DNA of 64,000 bases from assembly GCA_030390025.1 (NCBI GenBank), contig JASTWF010000033.1, positions 3,040,001-3,104,000 of the forward strand, written 5' to 3'. The DNA comes from Squalus acanthias. Taxonomy: Eukaryota. A model generated the notes under the pieces. That model saw only the letters and a list, made by a program, of their open reading frames with translations. It was not told where the DNA came from and did not search any database. Shown piece after piece: positions 49,990 through 63,172 of this stretch. Each line of letters begins with the position of its first letter. Positions within the stretch are counted from its first letter, which is position 1. A program made the translations under genes and the position numbers.

Positions 49990-52890
49990 GAGCCAGAATC
50001 CTGGTTCACGTTAGAATCAACGAAATACTGATGAAAAGGGTCGAGACTGAGCAGGAAATTACTTCCTGGATTACTCCCAGTGTAGGGCACTAATGAGACT
50101 AGAAATCGGAGGATATGGCAGGTTAATGCGTGGCTAGAGACATGGTGCAGGAGGGAGGACTTTAGAATTCTGGGGCATTTCGACCAGTTCTGTGGCAGGA
50201 GGAACCTGTTCAAGATGGGCATGTTGTACCTGAACTGAGCAGGTACCAATCTCCTGCGGGCAGGATAACTACTGATGTGGAGAGGATTTACACGAATTCA
50301 GAAAGTTGGGCAACAAGCTGTAGTATTAAAAAGTAGAAAGAAGGTGAACAGAGGACTGGGAGAGAGATTTCGATATATAAATATTAGAGATTTAGGTCAG
50401 ACCATAGAAAATACAAAGAGGTCTAGGGTAGGTTTGGAGTGCTGGTTCAAAAAGCGGAGGATTGAATGCTTAATATTCCTGGGTAAAAGGTATACAGTAA
50501 TGACATGGGAAAGAAAAAAAAGTAGGAGAGGTCGCATTTATGAATAAGGAAAATATTCCAATGCTAGAACGAGAGACCGTCCTTGAAGCTGAAAGGCAGA
50601 ATCTATTTGGTTGGAGTTGAGAAACAATGGAGGAGCTAATACGCCACTTGGTGTATTTTATGGGCCAAATAGTGGGATGGAAATAGAGGAGAAGATTTGC
50701 GGGTAAATTACTGAGAGATGCATGAACTATAGATCAGCGTTAATGTGAGACATTAAATACCACATATTGAATGTGACAGTGATTGAGTTAAGGGCAGAGA
50801 GGGGGAGGAATTTCTGAAATGTGTTTAGCAGTAAATAATCAGTATGTTTCCTGCACAACGAGGACGGAAGCTCTGCTGGATCTAGTCCTGGGGTATGAAA
50901 TGCGTCAACGGGGGAATGTTAGAATGGGGGAACATCTCGGAAATAGCGATCATATTATCCGAAGGTTTTGATTAGTTATGGAGAAGGACAAGGATCATTC
51001 TAGAGAAAAATACTTCAGTGGAGGAGAGCCACTTTCAGCGAATTGAGGAGGGTTCTCTCCCGGTTAACTTGGTGTCAAGGTCTTGCAAGCAGAAATGTAA
51101 TTTAGCAGTGGGCGGCCTGTAAATAGTAGATGGTCCGGGAATTGGCCAGGTACATTCCCACAAGGGAGAAAGGGCGGCAACCAATAGAGAGCTCCCTGGA
51201 TGGTGAAGTATTTGAAGAGTAGGATGAAGCAGAAAAGGGGAGTATGTGAAAGATGTCAGCTTGATAATATAAGGGCGAATCTGGCTGAATATAGAAAGTT
51301 CAGAGAGGAAGTGAAAAAAGAAATAAGAGACAGTACAAGAATAGATTGGCGACGAACATAAAGATGAATCCAAAGGTCTTCTATAGGTATATTAACAGTA
51401 AAAGGGTTGTCTGAGGAACGGTGGGGCCGATTAAAGAACAAAATGGAGATCTATTGGTGAAGGCAGAAGGCCTGATTGAGGTAGCAAATGAGTACTTTGT
51501 GTCAGTATTTACCAAGGAAGAGGACTTTGCCAATGCTGTGGTAAACGAGGAGGTTGTCGGGATACTAGTTGAGATAAAAATAGATAACGATGAGGTACTT
51601 GAAAGGCTGGTGGTCATTAAAGTGGATGAGTCACCAGATCCGGATGTAATTCAGCGAAGGATGCTGAGGGATGTAAGGGTAGAAAATGCGGGAAGGTTTT
51701 GGCCACAATCTTTCAATCCTCCTTAGAGACAGGGGTGTTGCCAAAGGACTGGAGGGTTGCACATGTTAGATCATTGTTCAAGAAAGGGTAGAATGAAGAA
51801 CCTGGCAATTACAGACCAGTCAGTTTAATGTCGGTGGTGGCCAAGCTTTTTGAAACAATAATCTGTGTGAAAATTAACAGCCACTGGGAAAAGCATGGCC
51901 TAATAAAGGAGAATCAGCGCAGATTTGTTAAGGGCAAATCATGTTTGCCTGACGTGATTGAGTTTGCTATTCAGTTAATGGAGAGGGTGGATGAGGGCAG
52001 TGCGGTTGGTGTTGTGTATATGGACTTTCAAAAGGCGTTTGATGAATTGCCACATACTAGGCTTGTTAGCAAAATTGAAGCCCATGGGATAAAAGGGGCA
52101 GTAGCAGCATGGATATAAAATTGGCTTGTAGATAAAAACAGAGAGTTGTGGTGAGACGCTGTCTTTCTGACTGCAGGGAAGTTTACCGTGGTGTTGCCGG
52201 AGGTTCAGTACAAAACCACTGCTGCTTTGATAAACATTAATGCTTGGTCTTTTGGGTAAATGGCTCATTTTCGAAATTTGCAGATGACGCGAAATTTTGA
52301 AGTGTAGTAACCACTGAGACAGCTAGTAATAAACTTCAAGAGGAAATCGAGAGGCTAGTGGGATGGGAGGATACGTGGCAGATGTAAATCAACGCAGAAT
52401 GTTGCGAGGTGATACATTTTGGAAGGAAGAATGAGGAGAGACAGCAGAAGTTAAATATTACAATTATAAATTGGGTGTCAGAACAGAGAGACCTGGAGGT
52501 GTTTGTGCACAAGTTTTTGAAGGTGGTAGGAAAGGTTAACAAGCAGTTAATAAAGCAGACAGGATCCTGGACTTTTTAAATAGAGGCACAGAGTACAAGA
52601 GCCAGGAAGTTATGCTGAACCTATAAAATACGCTATTCCGGCCCCAGCTGGAGTATTGTGTCCAATTCTGGTCTCCGCACTTTAAAAAGTACGTTAAGTC
52701 TTTGTTGAGGCTACAGAAGAGATTTACCATAATGGTTCGAAGGCTGAGGGATTAGAATTACGTGGATAGATTCAGAAGCTGGGGTTATTCTCCTTAGAGC
52801 AGAGAGTGATAAGAATAGATTTCATGGAGGTGTTCAAAAGCATTTAGACAGAGTAAATAAAGAGAAACAGTTTCCAATGTCTGAAGGGTT
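49990..52890 (+). mobile_element. Degenerate CR1 LINE (ORF1 end to ORF2 C-terminus)
   Basis: GPIKEQNGDL..NEYFVSVFTKEE, VVYMDFQKAFD, IHFGRKNEERQ. Confidence 0.85.
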
Positions 52891-52934
52891 TCCTGCTCTT
52901 CTGCATCTTTATCTTCAGCATCTTACTCTTCCAT

Positions 52935-53085
52935 CTACCAGTGGGTGCTGTAAATAAAAAATCAAAGCATAATTTTCCAGTAATACTCAGCAAGTCAGGC
53001 AGAATTTCGACCTCCGAGGTGAACTCTTTCTCTCAAGCCACGGATGCTGCTTGACATGCTGAGTATTTCCAGTATTTTATGTCTT
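52935..53085. mobile_element. MER6/Penelope-derived short inverted-repeat element (a fragment is also at 8383-8443)
   Basis: AATACTCAGCAAGTCAGGCAG...CTGCTTGACATGCTGAGTATTTCCAG inverted arms. Confidence 0.55.
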
Positions 53086-53539
53086 GCCAGAGGCCCTCCT
53101 TTACCATCCAAAGCCTTGCAAACGTCCGGCAGCACTCGTTGAACCCCTGTATTTAATAAAGCTGTTTAAATATGTATTGCACCAAGCCAATCCTTCAATA
53201 ACCTAAATAAAATCGTGTCCAAAAGCTTAACTACAAACTCGCCTGGCAGATGTGTGCTTCCCTTTAAAAGGTGCTGACAGCGTCTCTGTAGGTCTGCTGC
53301 ACGCTGAGTTTTCAAGCGCGCTCAGAACCCTGCGCTAAACTCAGCGCTAACGTTTAAGTTCGAAGAGCGTGAAGTTACAAGGGGTTGCACCCCAAATGAC
53401 CATGGCCAGCGCTGCTATCGTCCCTCATTAAAATGGCGGCCGCCGAATCCCGCGACAGAGAAGGGCGATAGAGATGCGAACGCCATTTTCGCCAGTGCAG
53501 CGACAGGACGGGTGGTGATAAACAGCCCAATTTCTAGGC

Positions 53540-54090
53540 CACAGACTCACTGGCTGACACACAGACTCGAGACTCACTCACGCACATACAATATCTCTGA
53601 GACTTACTCCCTCACACACAGCCGCTGAGACTCACTCTCTCACAAACAAACTCGAGAAACACTCTCTCAAACACTTTATCCCTGAGACTCAATCTCTCAC
53701 CACATATGCTGAAACTCAACCACTCACACACAGACTCGAGACACACTATCTCACAAACAGACTATCTGAGACACACATGATCTCGAGACTCACTCTCTCA
53801 CACACAGTATCTCTGAGACCCAATCCCTCACACACAGATTTTGACAATCTCTCTCACATACAGAGTCTCCGAGTCGTAACATCAACATGGTGGACCTCAT
53901 TTGACTCAAATATGTGCCGTCCGCCATGTTTGTGTGATGTCTGGTCTGCCATGTTTGTGTGACCTATGCTCGGCCATTTTAGTTTGACAGACGTTCAACC
54001 TGTTTATGTGACGTTTTTCGGCTATGCTTTTTGACGTTCTTTCGGCAATGTTTGCATGACATGCGGTCGGCCATGTTTGTGTCTCGTGCT
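53540..54090. repeat. Two adjacent minisatellites of about 26 bp (GAGACTCACTCTCTCACAC-type; GGCCATGTTTGTGTGAC-type)
   Basis: Visible tandem units; the second type recurs at 57800-57925. Confidence 0.75.
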
Positions 54091-54574
54091 CATAACACTA
54101 CTTTTTTATTTGAAAAAACAACGTGTTTTTTTAAATTTAACTCTCCCTGTAATTTGTTCAATGTTTTTTTTTATTGAAATGCAAGAATAACTATTTAAAA
54201 TCCGCTGTTCTCTTGTTCTGATTGTTGTACTTTCCCTTCCAGTCTTTCCATTTTTAAGATTAGAAAAAAATAAGAATTTTCCCGCTCCCCCAAAAAAATT
54301 CTGTGCTCCGTCCGGTGTTTGAGCCCCCGACCTTGGACTTGTATCAAACTAGGTTGAGAACCCATTGACGTTTCGTTTCTTCCGCCTGATTGAATTACGT
54401 TTTCCATTATATTACATTTCGTTTTCCGACATTACAACAATGGCTACATTTCAAAAGCACTTAATTGGCAGCAGGGCGCTTTGGGACGTCCTGAGGTGGT
54501 GAAAGGCGCATAAACAAAATGTAAGACAATCTTTTTTCGTTTCCGTCCTTGTATTTTACTTTGTACACGTTATC

Positions 54575-57148
54575 TGAAGCTGCCAATCACCCCTCTCCTT
54601 CCGGCAACCTTCAGAGAAATTCCTGCACTTCCCTCTCTGTATACAGTCTGCAGCTGCCAATCATCCACTCTCCTCCAGTGAACTGGCAGAAAAACACCTG
54701 AACTTCCCTCTCTGTATACAGTCTGCAGCTGTCAATCACCCACTCTCCTCCAGTGAACTGGCAGAAAAATTCCTGCACTTCCCTCTCTGTATACAGTCTG
54801 CAGCTGTCAATCACCCACTCTCCTCCAGTGAACTGGCAGAAAAATTCCTGCACTTCCCTCTCTGTATACAGTCTGCAGCTGTCAATCACCCACTCTCCTC
54901 CAGTGAACTGGCAGAAAAATACCTGAACTTCCCTCTCTGTATACAGTCTGCAGCTGCCGATCCCAAACTCTCCTCCCGGGAATTTCAGCATGTATCTCTC
55001 TACAGAAAGTCTGCAGCCATCAATTACCCACTGCCTTCACGGGAAGTGTCAGAGAACTTCCTGCACTTATCTCCCTGCCTACAGTCTGCAACTTTTTATC
55101 ACCCGCTCTCCTCCAGTGAACTGGCAAAGAAATTTCTGCACATATCTCTTTGGCTAAAATAGTCATCTACCAATCAGACATACTGCTCCCGAAAACTATC
55201 AGAGAAATTAATGCAGTGATCAATCTGCCTAAAATAGGCAGCTACCAATCACACACACTGCTCCCGGGAACTATCAGAGACATTTCTACTCTGATCAATC
55301 TGCCTAAAATAGGCAGCTACCAATCAAACAAACTGCTCCCGGGAGCTAGCAGAGACATTAATACACTGATCAATCTGCCTAAAATAGGCAGCTACCAATC
55401 ACACACACTGCTCCCGGGAACTATCAGAGACATTAATACACTGATCAATCTGTCTAAAATAGGCAGCTACCAATCACACACACTGCTCCCGGGAGCTAGC
55501 AGAGACATTTCTACACTGATCACTCTGCCTAAAATAGGCAGCTACCTATCAAACAAACTGCTCCCGGGAGCTAGCAGAAACATTTCTACACTGATCAATC
55601 TGCCTAAAATAGGCAGCTACCAATCACAGACACTGCTCCCGGGTGCTAGCAGAGACATTTCTACACTGATCAATCTGCCTAAAATAGGCAGCTACCAATC
55701 ACACACACTGCTCCCGGGAACTATCAGAGACATTTCTACACTGATCAATCTGTCTAAAATAGGCAGCTACCAATCACAGACACTGCTCCCGGGAACTATC
55801 AGAGATATTTCTACACTGATCAATCTGTCTAAAATAGGCAGCTACCAATCACACACACTGCTCCCGGGAACTATCAGAGATATTTCTACACTGATTAATC
55901 TGCATGCACTCTGTAGCTGCTTATCATAAACTTTCTCCCGTTAACTTTTAGGAAACATCTTACACTTATCTCTCTGCTCACAGTCTGCAGCTGTTGGAAT
56001 GTGATCGTATTCTTATTCTGTGCTGTAATAGATAATCATCTAGAAACTGAAGTATGAGAAAGAGTAGCCAGCACGGATTACAAATGGGTGGACATGCTTG
56101 ACCAGCCTTATTGAATTATTTGAAGAAGTACCAGAAAGGCGGATCAGATTAATTCAGTGACCGTAATATTTTTGAATTTCAAAAAACCTTTGTTGATATA
56201 CCGCATAATACACTGAACGCTAAGGTCAGAACATGTGGAGTCAGGGGACAAGTAGTAGAATGGACAGCAAGCTGCAACAAAGCAACACACAGAGAATAGG
56301 GGCTAAAGGGAATTATTCAGATTGTAAAATGGTGGGATCGATGCTGGGACCACGGTTGTTCTCTATTTACATAAACGAAGTGAACTACATGGATGGTAAG
56401 TTTCTAAATGGGGTAGAGGAACATTGATATCTGATGTACAGAAATAACATCAGTAAAGATAGCGACGCAGGTAAATAGATCCTCTAAAAAAAACAAAGCA
56501 CTGGGCAACGTTTGTAGAGCGGTAAAATTGTAATGCAGAGAAGTTAATTAAATTTGAGGTGAATAGCATAGATGCATTTAAAGGGAAGCTATATATAAAC
56601 ACATGTGGGAGAAAGGAATAGAAGGATATCTGGATGTGGTTAGATGAAGATGGGTGCGAAGAAGTTATTGTGGAGCAGAAACCTGTTGGGTTGAATGGCC
56701 ACTTTCTCTGCTGAAAATACTTATGAATACTTTGAACACACTCTCCTCCCAGGAACTGTTATAGAACTTCCTGTACTGATCTCTCTACATGTAGTCTGCA
56801 GCTGTCAAACATAAACACTTTTTCTAGGGAAATGTCAGAAAACTTCCTGCATTTCTCTCTCTGCAAAAAGTCAGCAGTTGTCAAACACAGACCCACCTCC
56901 CGGGTTCTGTCAGAGAACTTCCTGCACTTATCTCCCTGCAAAGAGCCTGCATCTGTCAATCACACACTCTCCTCCCGGGTTCTGTCAGAGAACTTCCTGC
57001 ATTTCTCCCTCTGCAAAGAGCCTGCATCTGTCAATCACACACTCTCCTCCCAGATTCTGTCAGAGAACTTCCTGCACTTATCTCCCTGCAAAGAGCCTGC
57101 ATATGTCATTCACACACTTTCCTCCCGGGTTCTGTCAGAGAACTTCTT
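54575..57148. repeat. 75-bp satellite family in three subarrays (54575-55150, 55150-55905, 56735-57148), with a decayed CR1 fragment at about 56040-56720
   Basis: 75-bp period (54647/54722/54797; 55231/55306); shared core GCAGCT..CAATCAC.CAC.CT.CTCC. Confidence 0.9.
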
Positions 57149-58529
57149 TCCTTTACATGGAATTACATAGAATTGAGAGCAAGCAGGTGTTGTTCGCTTT
57201 GATGTAGAATCAGTGATATTCCACTGCACCCAACATAAGCATTGTTTTACATGCTTTTACTTAAATTGTAAATAAGTTAAAATTCAAGTCGAGATTCTAT
57301 TCAGCACATGTGGTTGACGATGTTTAGCCTCTGATCCGGGTGTGTGGTGCGTGTCTGATCACGGTGTTGATAACGAGTTTCTTGCTCCGGCTCTGCTTTA
57401 TTCTCAGGGTAAAGGGGAATTTTTGATTCAAGTCCGTTTTTGAAACAGCAAACATTCACAAACTGTGTTCTGAAGAATTAGTAATAACTGTTGAAAGAAA
57501 ATATTAGCTGCCTTAGACAGGATCATTTTCTTCTGCCACTATCTCAGTTTTGGAAACCAAATATTTTATTCTGACAGAAAAATAAGATTTGCAATTATTG
57601 AGGGCCTATCGCCAGCTTGGGACATCGCAAGAGGCTGTACAGCCTTGGAGGCACAAACTGAGCGCGGGGCTGGAGCCGACCTTTGAGGCCTTTCCCGAGC
57701 CCATGTTGACAATCGGACATTCGCGGTCCCTGTGACGTGGGGAAGGATTGTGGCGTCATTCACGGCAGGGCAAAGAGCAAAGGCGGGTCGGCCGTGTATG
57801 TGTGACGTCATGTGGGCCATGTTTGTGTGACATCATGTGGGTCAAGTTTGAGTGACTTCATTGGGGCCTTGACTGTGTGACGTCATGTGGGCCATATATG
57901 GGTGACATCATGTGCTCCATGTTTGAGGATATCAACAAAAAGTTTGTTTTAAATTCAGCTCTCCATGTAATCTCATTAATGTAAATAGTTCATTGCAATG
58001 TGAGAATGAAACTTCTCCCTTGCAAAACTCAGTGATTTTAAATAATAAATTACTCGAACAATATCAAGCTCAACATTGTCTTTTACACACCACAGACGCA
58101 AAGCTCTGCACAACTCTGCTTCAGTAGGGTCTTGATTGCCAGGGATGGAGAGTAACGCGCTGTCTGAGGCGGCATTCGCTGCTTTCCCCCGGCAGTGGGT
58201 TATTGGAGAGAGCTGGGTGGGACAGGCGGCCTGAATGTTGCTGCTTGTCGCCGCCTCACTCATAGTTACCAGTGCGCCTTTTAGCCCCTCGAGCCTGATC
58301 CACCATTCAATGAGATCAGGCTGATCTCTATCTTAATCCATCCACCTGCCTTGTCTCCACATACTTTTATATGCGTGCCTAGCAACAATCTATCGGCCTG
58401 CGATTTAAAATTATTAATTGAGCTGGAATCGATATCTTTTGTGGCATACAGCTCCACACTTCCACCAGGCTTAGCGTGAAGAAGTGATTCCTAACTTATC
58501 TCCAGAATTACTGCCTCTGATTGGAAAAA

Positions 58530-58960
58530 GTAAGACAGACTTGCATTTATATCGCGCCTTTCACGATCACCCGATTCGCAATGCACTTTACAGCCAATGA
58601 AATACTTTCTGAAGTGTATTCGCTGTTGTAATTTTGGAAACACGGCAGCCAATAGGCGCACTGCAACCTCTCACATACAGCAATGTCATAACGGCCAGAA
58701 AAATCAGTTGATTAAGAGATAGATATTGGGCCGGGACATCAGGGATAACTAGCCTGATAACTACTCGCTAAATAGTACACTGGGATTTTTACGTTCATCT
58801 GCAAAAGCAGACGGGATCTCGGTTTAACGGCGACAGCCGTATTATGGCACCTCTGAGAGTACAGCAATCACTCAGTATTGCAGTATAATGTCAGGTCCCT
58901 GGCCTGGGACTCGAAACCAACATCTTGTTAATACAGAGGTGAGGGTGCTACACACGGAGC
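58530..58960 (-). mobile_element. DeuSINE (SacSINE1-like)
   Basis: Plus strand AGACTTGCATTTATATCGCGCCTTTCACGA...GCACTTTACAGCCAATGAA (reverse L2 tail), Deu-domain remnants and tRNA-like head near 58900-58960. Confidence 0.7.
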
Positions 58961-59212
58961 CACAGCGGACACACTTGAACTTTTGGGACGATATCAGACA
59001 CATTCCTATGAGGGGGACAGGAAGGGCATCCAAGATCTCCATCTCTCTGAATGACTGAAGATATCGTCTCTTCGTGGGCGGGAGAGCGAATCCCATCGCT
59101 TCTAGAAATTGTGATACTGCTTATTTCGGTCTCTTCACCAGAAGCCATTCTAAGCATTGCGGTGCACGGCATTGTTGTGGTCAGGGCGGGACTGCCGCAG
59201 CCGATGTGTGGA

Positions 59213-59284
59213 GCGGTGATTGTATAGTGGTTAATGCTCTGCCTTGTGGTCGCTGCAACTCCGGTTAGAATCCGAGTGACGGCA
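59213..59284 (+). pseudogene. trnH: tRNA-His(GUG) pseudogene
   Basis: GCGGTGATTGTATAGTGGTTAATGCTCTGCCTTGTGGTCGCTGCAACTCCGGTTAGAATCCGAGTGACGGCA is colinear with vertebrate tRNA-His (72 nt, GTG anticodon); B-box GTTCGA mutated to GTTAGA and stems disrupted; T-run downstream; no CCA. Confidence 0.85.
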
Positions 59285-59579
59285 TCGCTTTATTTATTTT
59301 ACCCTCTGCCACACATGCTAATAGACAGCAGCAAGAAATCAATCTTTACTCTGTATTTGTGTTGATAGCGAATTCCTATTAACTGCCTTTACATCCCAAC
59401 ACACTCACAAGAATGTGCCTGGTGCTCCAACACTGAAACCCGCATCTTCTGCCGGTGTTGTCTTTTTCCACAATTAATAGACTTCCATTACTTCCGCGTT
59501 TCTCTTCCAGTAACACTTCTCTGCGGCCTTCCCTTATCTAACATTCAATTTCACCTTCCTACTCATTTAACATCGCTCT

Positions 59580-60636
59580 GCTTCGGGAGAGACTGGGGAG
59601 ACAGACGGTAAGACAGAGGGCTTGGCAGACACGAGTGTGCAGTAAAACGATAGACAGACAGCGGGCAGACAGAACGTTAATCATGCAGGGAGACAGATGG
59701 TGTGAGACAGACGAGGAAGACTGGCGGGGAGGGGGGCAGATAGAAAGAAAGGGTGGGGTAATAGAGAACAAGAGACGGATGGGGTAACAGATGAGGAGAC
59801 AGCCGGCGGAGAGACAGAGGGGGAGACAGACTAGGAGACTGACGGGGCGACATTGAGGTGAGACACAGAGATAGATACGGGTGAGAGACCCACGGGGAGA
59901 GACAGGCAAGTGATTGAGAAGGTGTTGCGCAGACAGATCGTGGGAGACAGACGGAGGAGACACACGGTGGGAGAGAAACGGTGAAGACAGAGACAGAAAC
60001 AGACGGGGGAGCAGGATGGGGGAGAGAGTCTGCTGGAGACAGACGGGGGAGAACGAGGAGAGTCTCAGAGAGAGAAAGATTGGCGGGATGAATGATGGGG
60101 AGAGATAGACGGGGTAGACAGAGAAAGAGAAAGAGATAGAGAGAGAGACAGACAGACAGGGGGAGTCAGTCTGGGAGACAGACGGGATGGGGAAGACAGA
60201 GAAAGAGCGAGATAGTTGGAGGATACATCCGGTATTGCAGAGCGGTTGTCAGACAGGGGATACAGAGAGAGAGGCAGAGGGACAGACAGCGAGAAACAGA
60301 GCGTTAATCAGACGGCGAGGCCGATGGTGTGAGAGAGACAGAGAAGACAGGCGAGGGAGGTCACAGAGAGACAGGCGGTGGGGAAATCGAGAGAGAGAGG
60401 GAAAGAAAGAGAGAGAGATATGTGGGGAGAAAAACGGGAAAACAGGCAATGAGGTGGGGGACTGAGAACAATTATCATAAGGGCAGAGAGATGGCGTGAG
60501 ACAGACGAGGCAGACATGCGTGGGTGTGACAAAGAGTGAAAGACGCTAGGGGAGAAAGTGATAGAGACAGATGGGGAGACAGGCGGGGAGACTGACGGGG
60601 CAGACAGAGAAAGACCGAAAGTGGTGGGGAAAGAGA

Positions 60637-60705
<69 letters not shown>

Positions 60706-63170
60706 GATTGAGACAGATGGGGGAGGTAGGCGGTGGGGAGATAGATGGGGTAACAGAGTGAAAAAGAGTTGGGGAACGGATGTAACGAGATAGAAGGGGA
60801 GATAGACGGTGGAAGAAGATGGGTGGAGACAGAGAGAGAAAGATATACGGTGTGAGGTAGAGAGAGAGCGGCAGACCCTTGGGGGAGCGACATACCTACG
60901 GTAGACAGAGACGGATGGAGACAGACGGGGGAGACAGATGTTATTTTGACACAGAGAGAGACAGATAGGGGAGTCAAATAGGACTAACAGTTGGGAAGAG
61001 GCAGACCTGGGAGACAGATGGAAGGGAGGAGGAATGAGACAGACAGTGGAGACAGGCGGGGGGAGACAGAATGTGAGTGCACGGAATTGAGAGAGGGAGT
61101 GGTACAGATGGAGGGCGATGAGACAGAGTGGGAGACAGACAGACACGGAAGACAAACGGGAGACAGACAGGGGATAAAGAGCAAGACAGACATATGGGTA
61201 GGTAGATCGAGAGACAGACTGGGGTGAGGGGAGAGGTACGGGAGAAAGAGACTGATGGAGACAGACGAGTGAGACAGAGCGAGAGAGACAGACGCAGGAA
61301 ACAGAGAAAGAGACACATGTGAAGACAGAATGAGTGAGACAGACGGGTGGAGACAGATAGAAATGTAGACGGAAGATACAGACAGGGATAGATAGAAATA
61401 TATCCAGACGGTGGGAGGAAGGCCGTGAGGAAGGAGGGGCATATTGATAATCAGATGGGGAGACAGACGACGTGGGACAGACGGGGCAGACCGGAAAAAG
61501 GGTGACAGAGAGAGATAGACAGGCGGAGAGAGCGAGATATACAGTTGTTCTGACCGACTGGGCATCTGGCGGGGAGGCAGATGTGGGTGACAGAAAGAGG
61601 CAGAAGGGTGGGTGACAGATGGGGCAGACAGAGAAAGACGGACGTTGGGGGAGATACAGAGAGAGAGACAGGTTGTGGAGACAGACTAGAGGAGTCAAAT
61701 ATTAAGAAAGACGGAGTGATACAGATGGGGATAGACAGAGAGAGTAAGAGACGTGAGGGAGACAGACGAGGGAGGCAGACGGTGTGGAGATAGATGGGGT
61801 GACAGAGGCAGAGATTAATATGGGGGAGACAGAGGCAAAGAGAGAAAGACGGGGAGGGTGGTGTCTGACGGGACCAGACAGAGAGGGAGACAGACGGGGT
61901 AGGCAGAGGGGTGTGACAGGGTGATTAAGGGCTATGCTGTAGACAAATGGAGGAGGCCGACCGTGTTGCGATAGCTGTCGAGACAGAGGTAAATGTTAAT
62001 ACGGGGGAGACAGAGTGAAAGAGAGTGAGCCTAGGCCGTGGCGGACGGTATGCGACATAGAGAGGGTGACAGACAGAGGAGGCAGATGGGCGTGAAAGAG
62101 AAACAGACATTCGGTGGTAGATAGAGACAGATCGACAGACACGGAATTGTGGAGACAGATAAATGGGGAGAGAGACGGATGGAGACTGACTGGGGGAGAC
62201 AGATGGTTGATAGCAAAGAGAGTGGCAGATGGTGGAGTCAAACGGGGGTGACAGATGGGAGGTAGCAGACCGAAGAGGAAGATGGAATGGAGGCAGATGG
62301 AGACAGAGAGGGGAGACAGACAGGGCAGAGAAGAATGGGGGGAGAGTGACTGATGAAGACAAATGAGGGAGACAGAGAGAGAGGGAGAGACAGACAAGCG
62401 AAAGAGAGGGAGAGACAGACAAGGGAAACAGAGGGAGTGCCAGACAAGGGGAACAGAGAGAGAGACAGACAAGGGAAACAGAGGGAGAGACAGACAAGGG
62501 AAACAGAGGGAGAGACAGACAAGGGAAACAGAGGGAGAGACAGACAAAGGAAACAGAGAGAGAGACAGACAAGAGAAAGAGAGGGAGAGACAGACAAGGG
62601 AAACAGAGAGAGAGAGAGACAAGGGAAAGAGAGGGAGAGACAGACAAGAGAAAGAGAGGGAGAGACAGACAAGGGAAACAGAGGGAGAGACAGACAAGGG
62701 AAACAGAGGGTATGCCAGACAAGGCAAAAAGAGGGAGAGACAGACAAAGGAAACAGAGGGAGAGACAGACATGTGAAGGCAGACGGGTGGACCCCCGGGG
62801 GCGTGAAAATAAAGCGAGCGACTGAAGGGTGTCGACAGTGAGAGCGAGACAGATGGAGAAATATGCGGGGAGTCAGATGGGGAAGATAGAGAGAGATAAC
62901 GTTGCGGGGCGCAGGGGTAGACAGGAAGAGGCAGAAGCGAGTGACATGCAGGGTAGACAGAAGGGGAAACTGAAAGAGATTAGACGTCATTGAGACTGAA
63001 AGCGATAGGCAGACGTGGGCGGTAAGACTGCGAGCGAGAAAGACGCTGTGAGACAGACGTGGGAGAGACAGAGAGAAAAAAACAAATAGAGTGAAGACAG
63101 ATGGGAGGGAGTCAGAGGGGAGACAGCGAGAGAGACAGATTGTTAGACAGACGGGCGGAGACAGACAAGG
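59580..63170. repeat. 3.6-kb GA-rich low-complexity tract, including (GA)n at about 60640-60700 and a 25-bp minisatellite at 62365-62770
   Basis: GAGACAGAC-based degenerate repeats; unit GAGGGAGAGACAGACAAGGGAAACA. Confidence 0.9.
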
Positions 63171-63172
63171 GT

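Noticed and set aside
53300..53540. Possible non-autonomous DNA transposon end (similar CpG-rich patches at 46850-47230 and 37250-37760)
   Set aside because: No matching second terminal inverted repeat or TSD could be identified.
55150..55929. 259-aa ORF of 25-aa repeats, superficially LRR-like
   Set aside because: It is the translation of a 75-bp satellite subarray that happens to lack stops; it starts at TTG and has no unique flanking domain.
59559..63170. Long S/L/C/P-rich and R/E/G-rich ORFs of up to 503 aa
   Set aside because: Products of GA/CT low-complexity DNA; the 503-aa ORF is a CR1 RT tail reading into the repeat.
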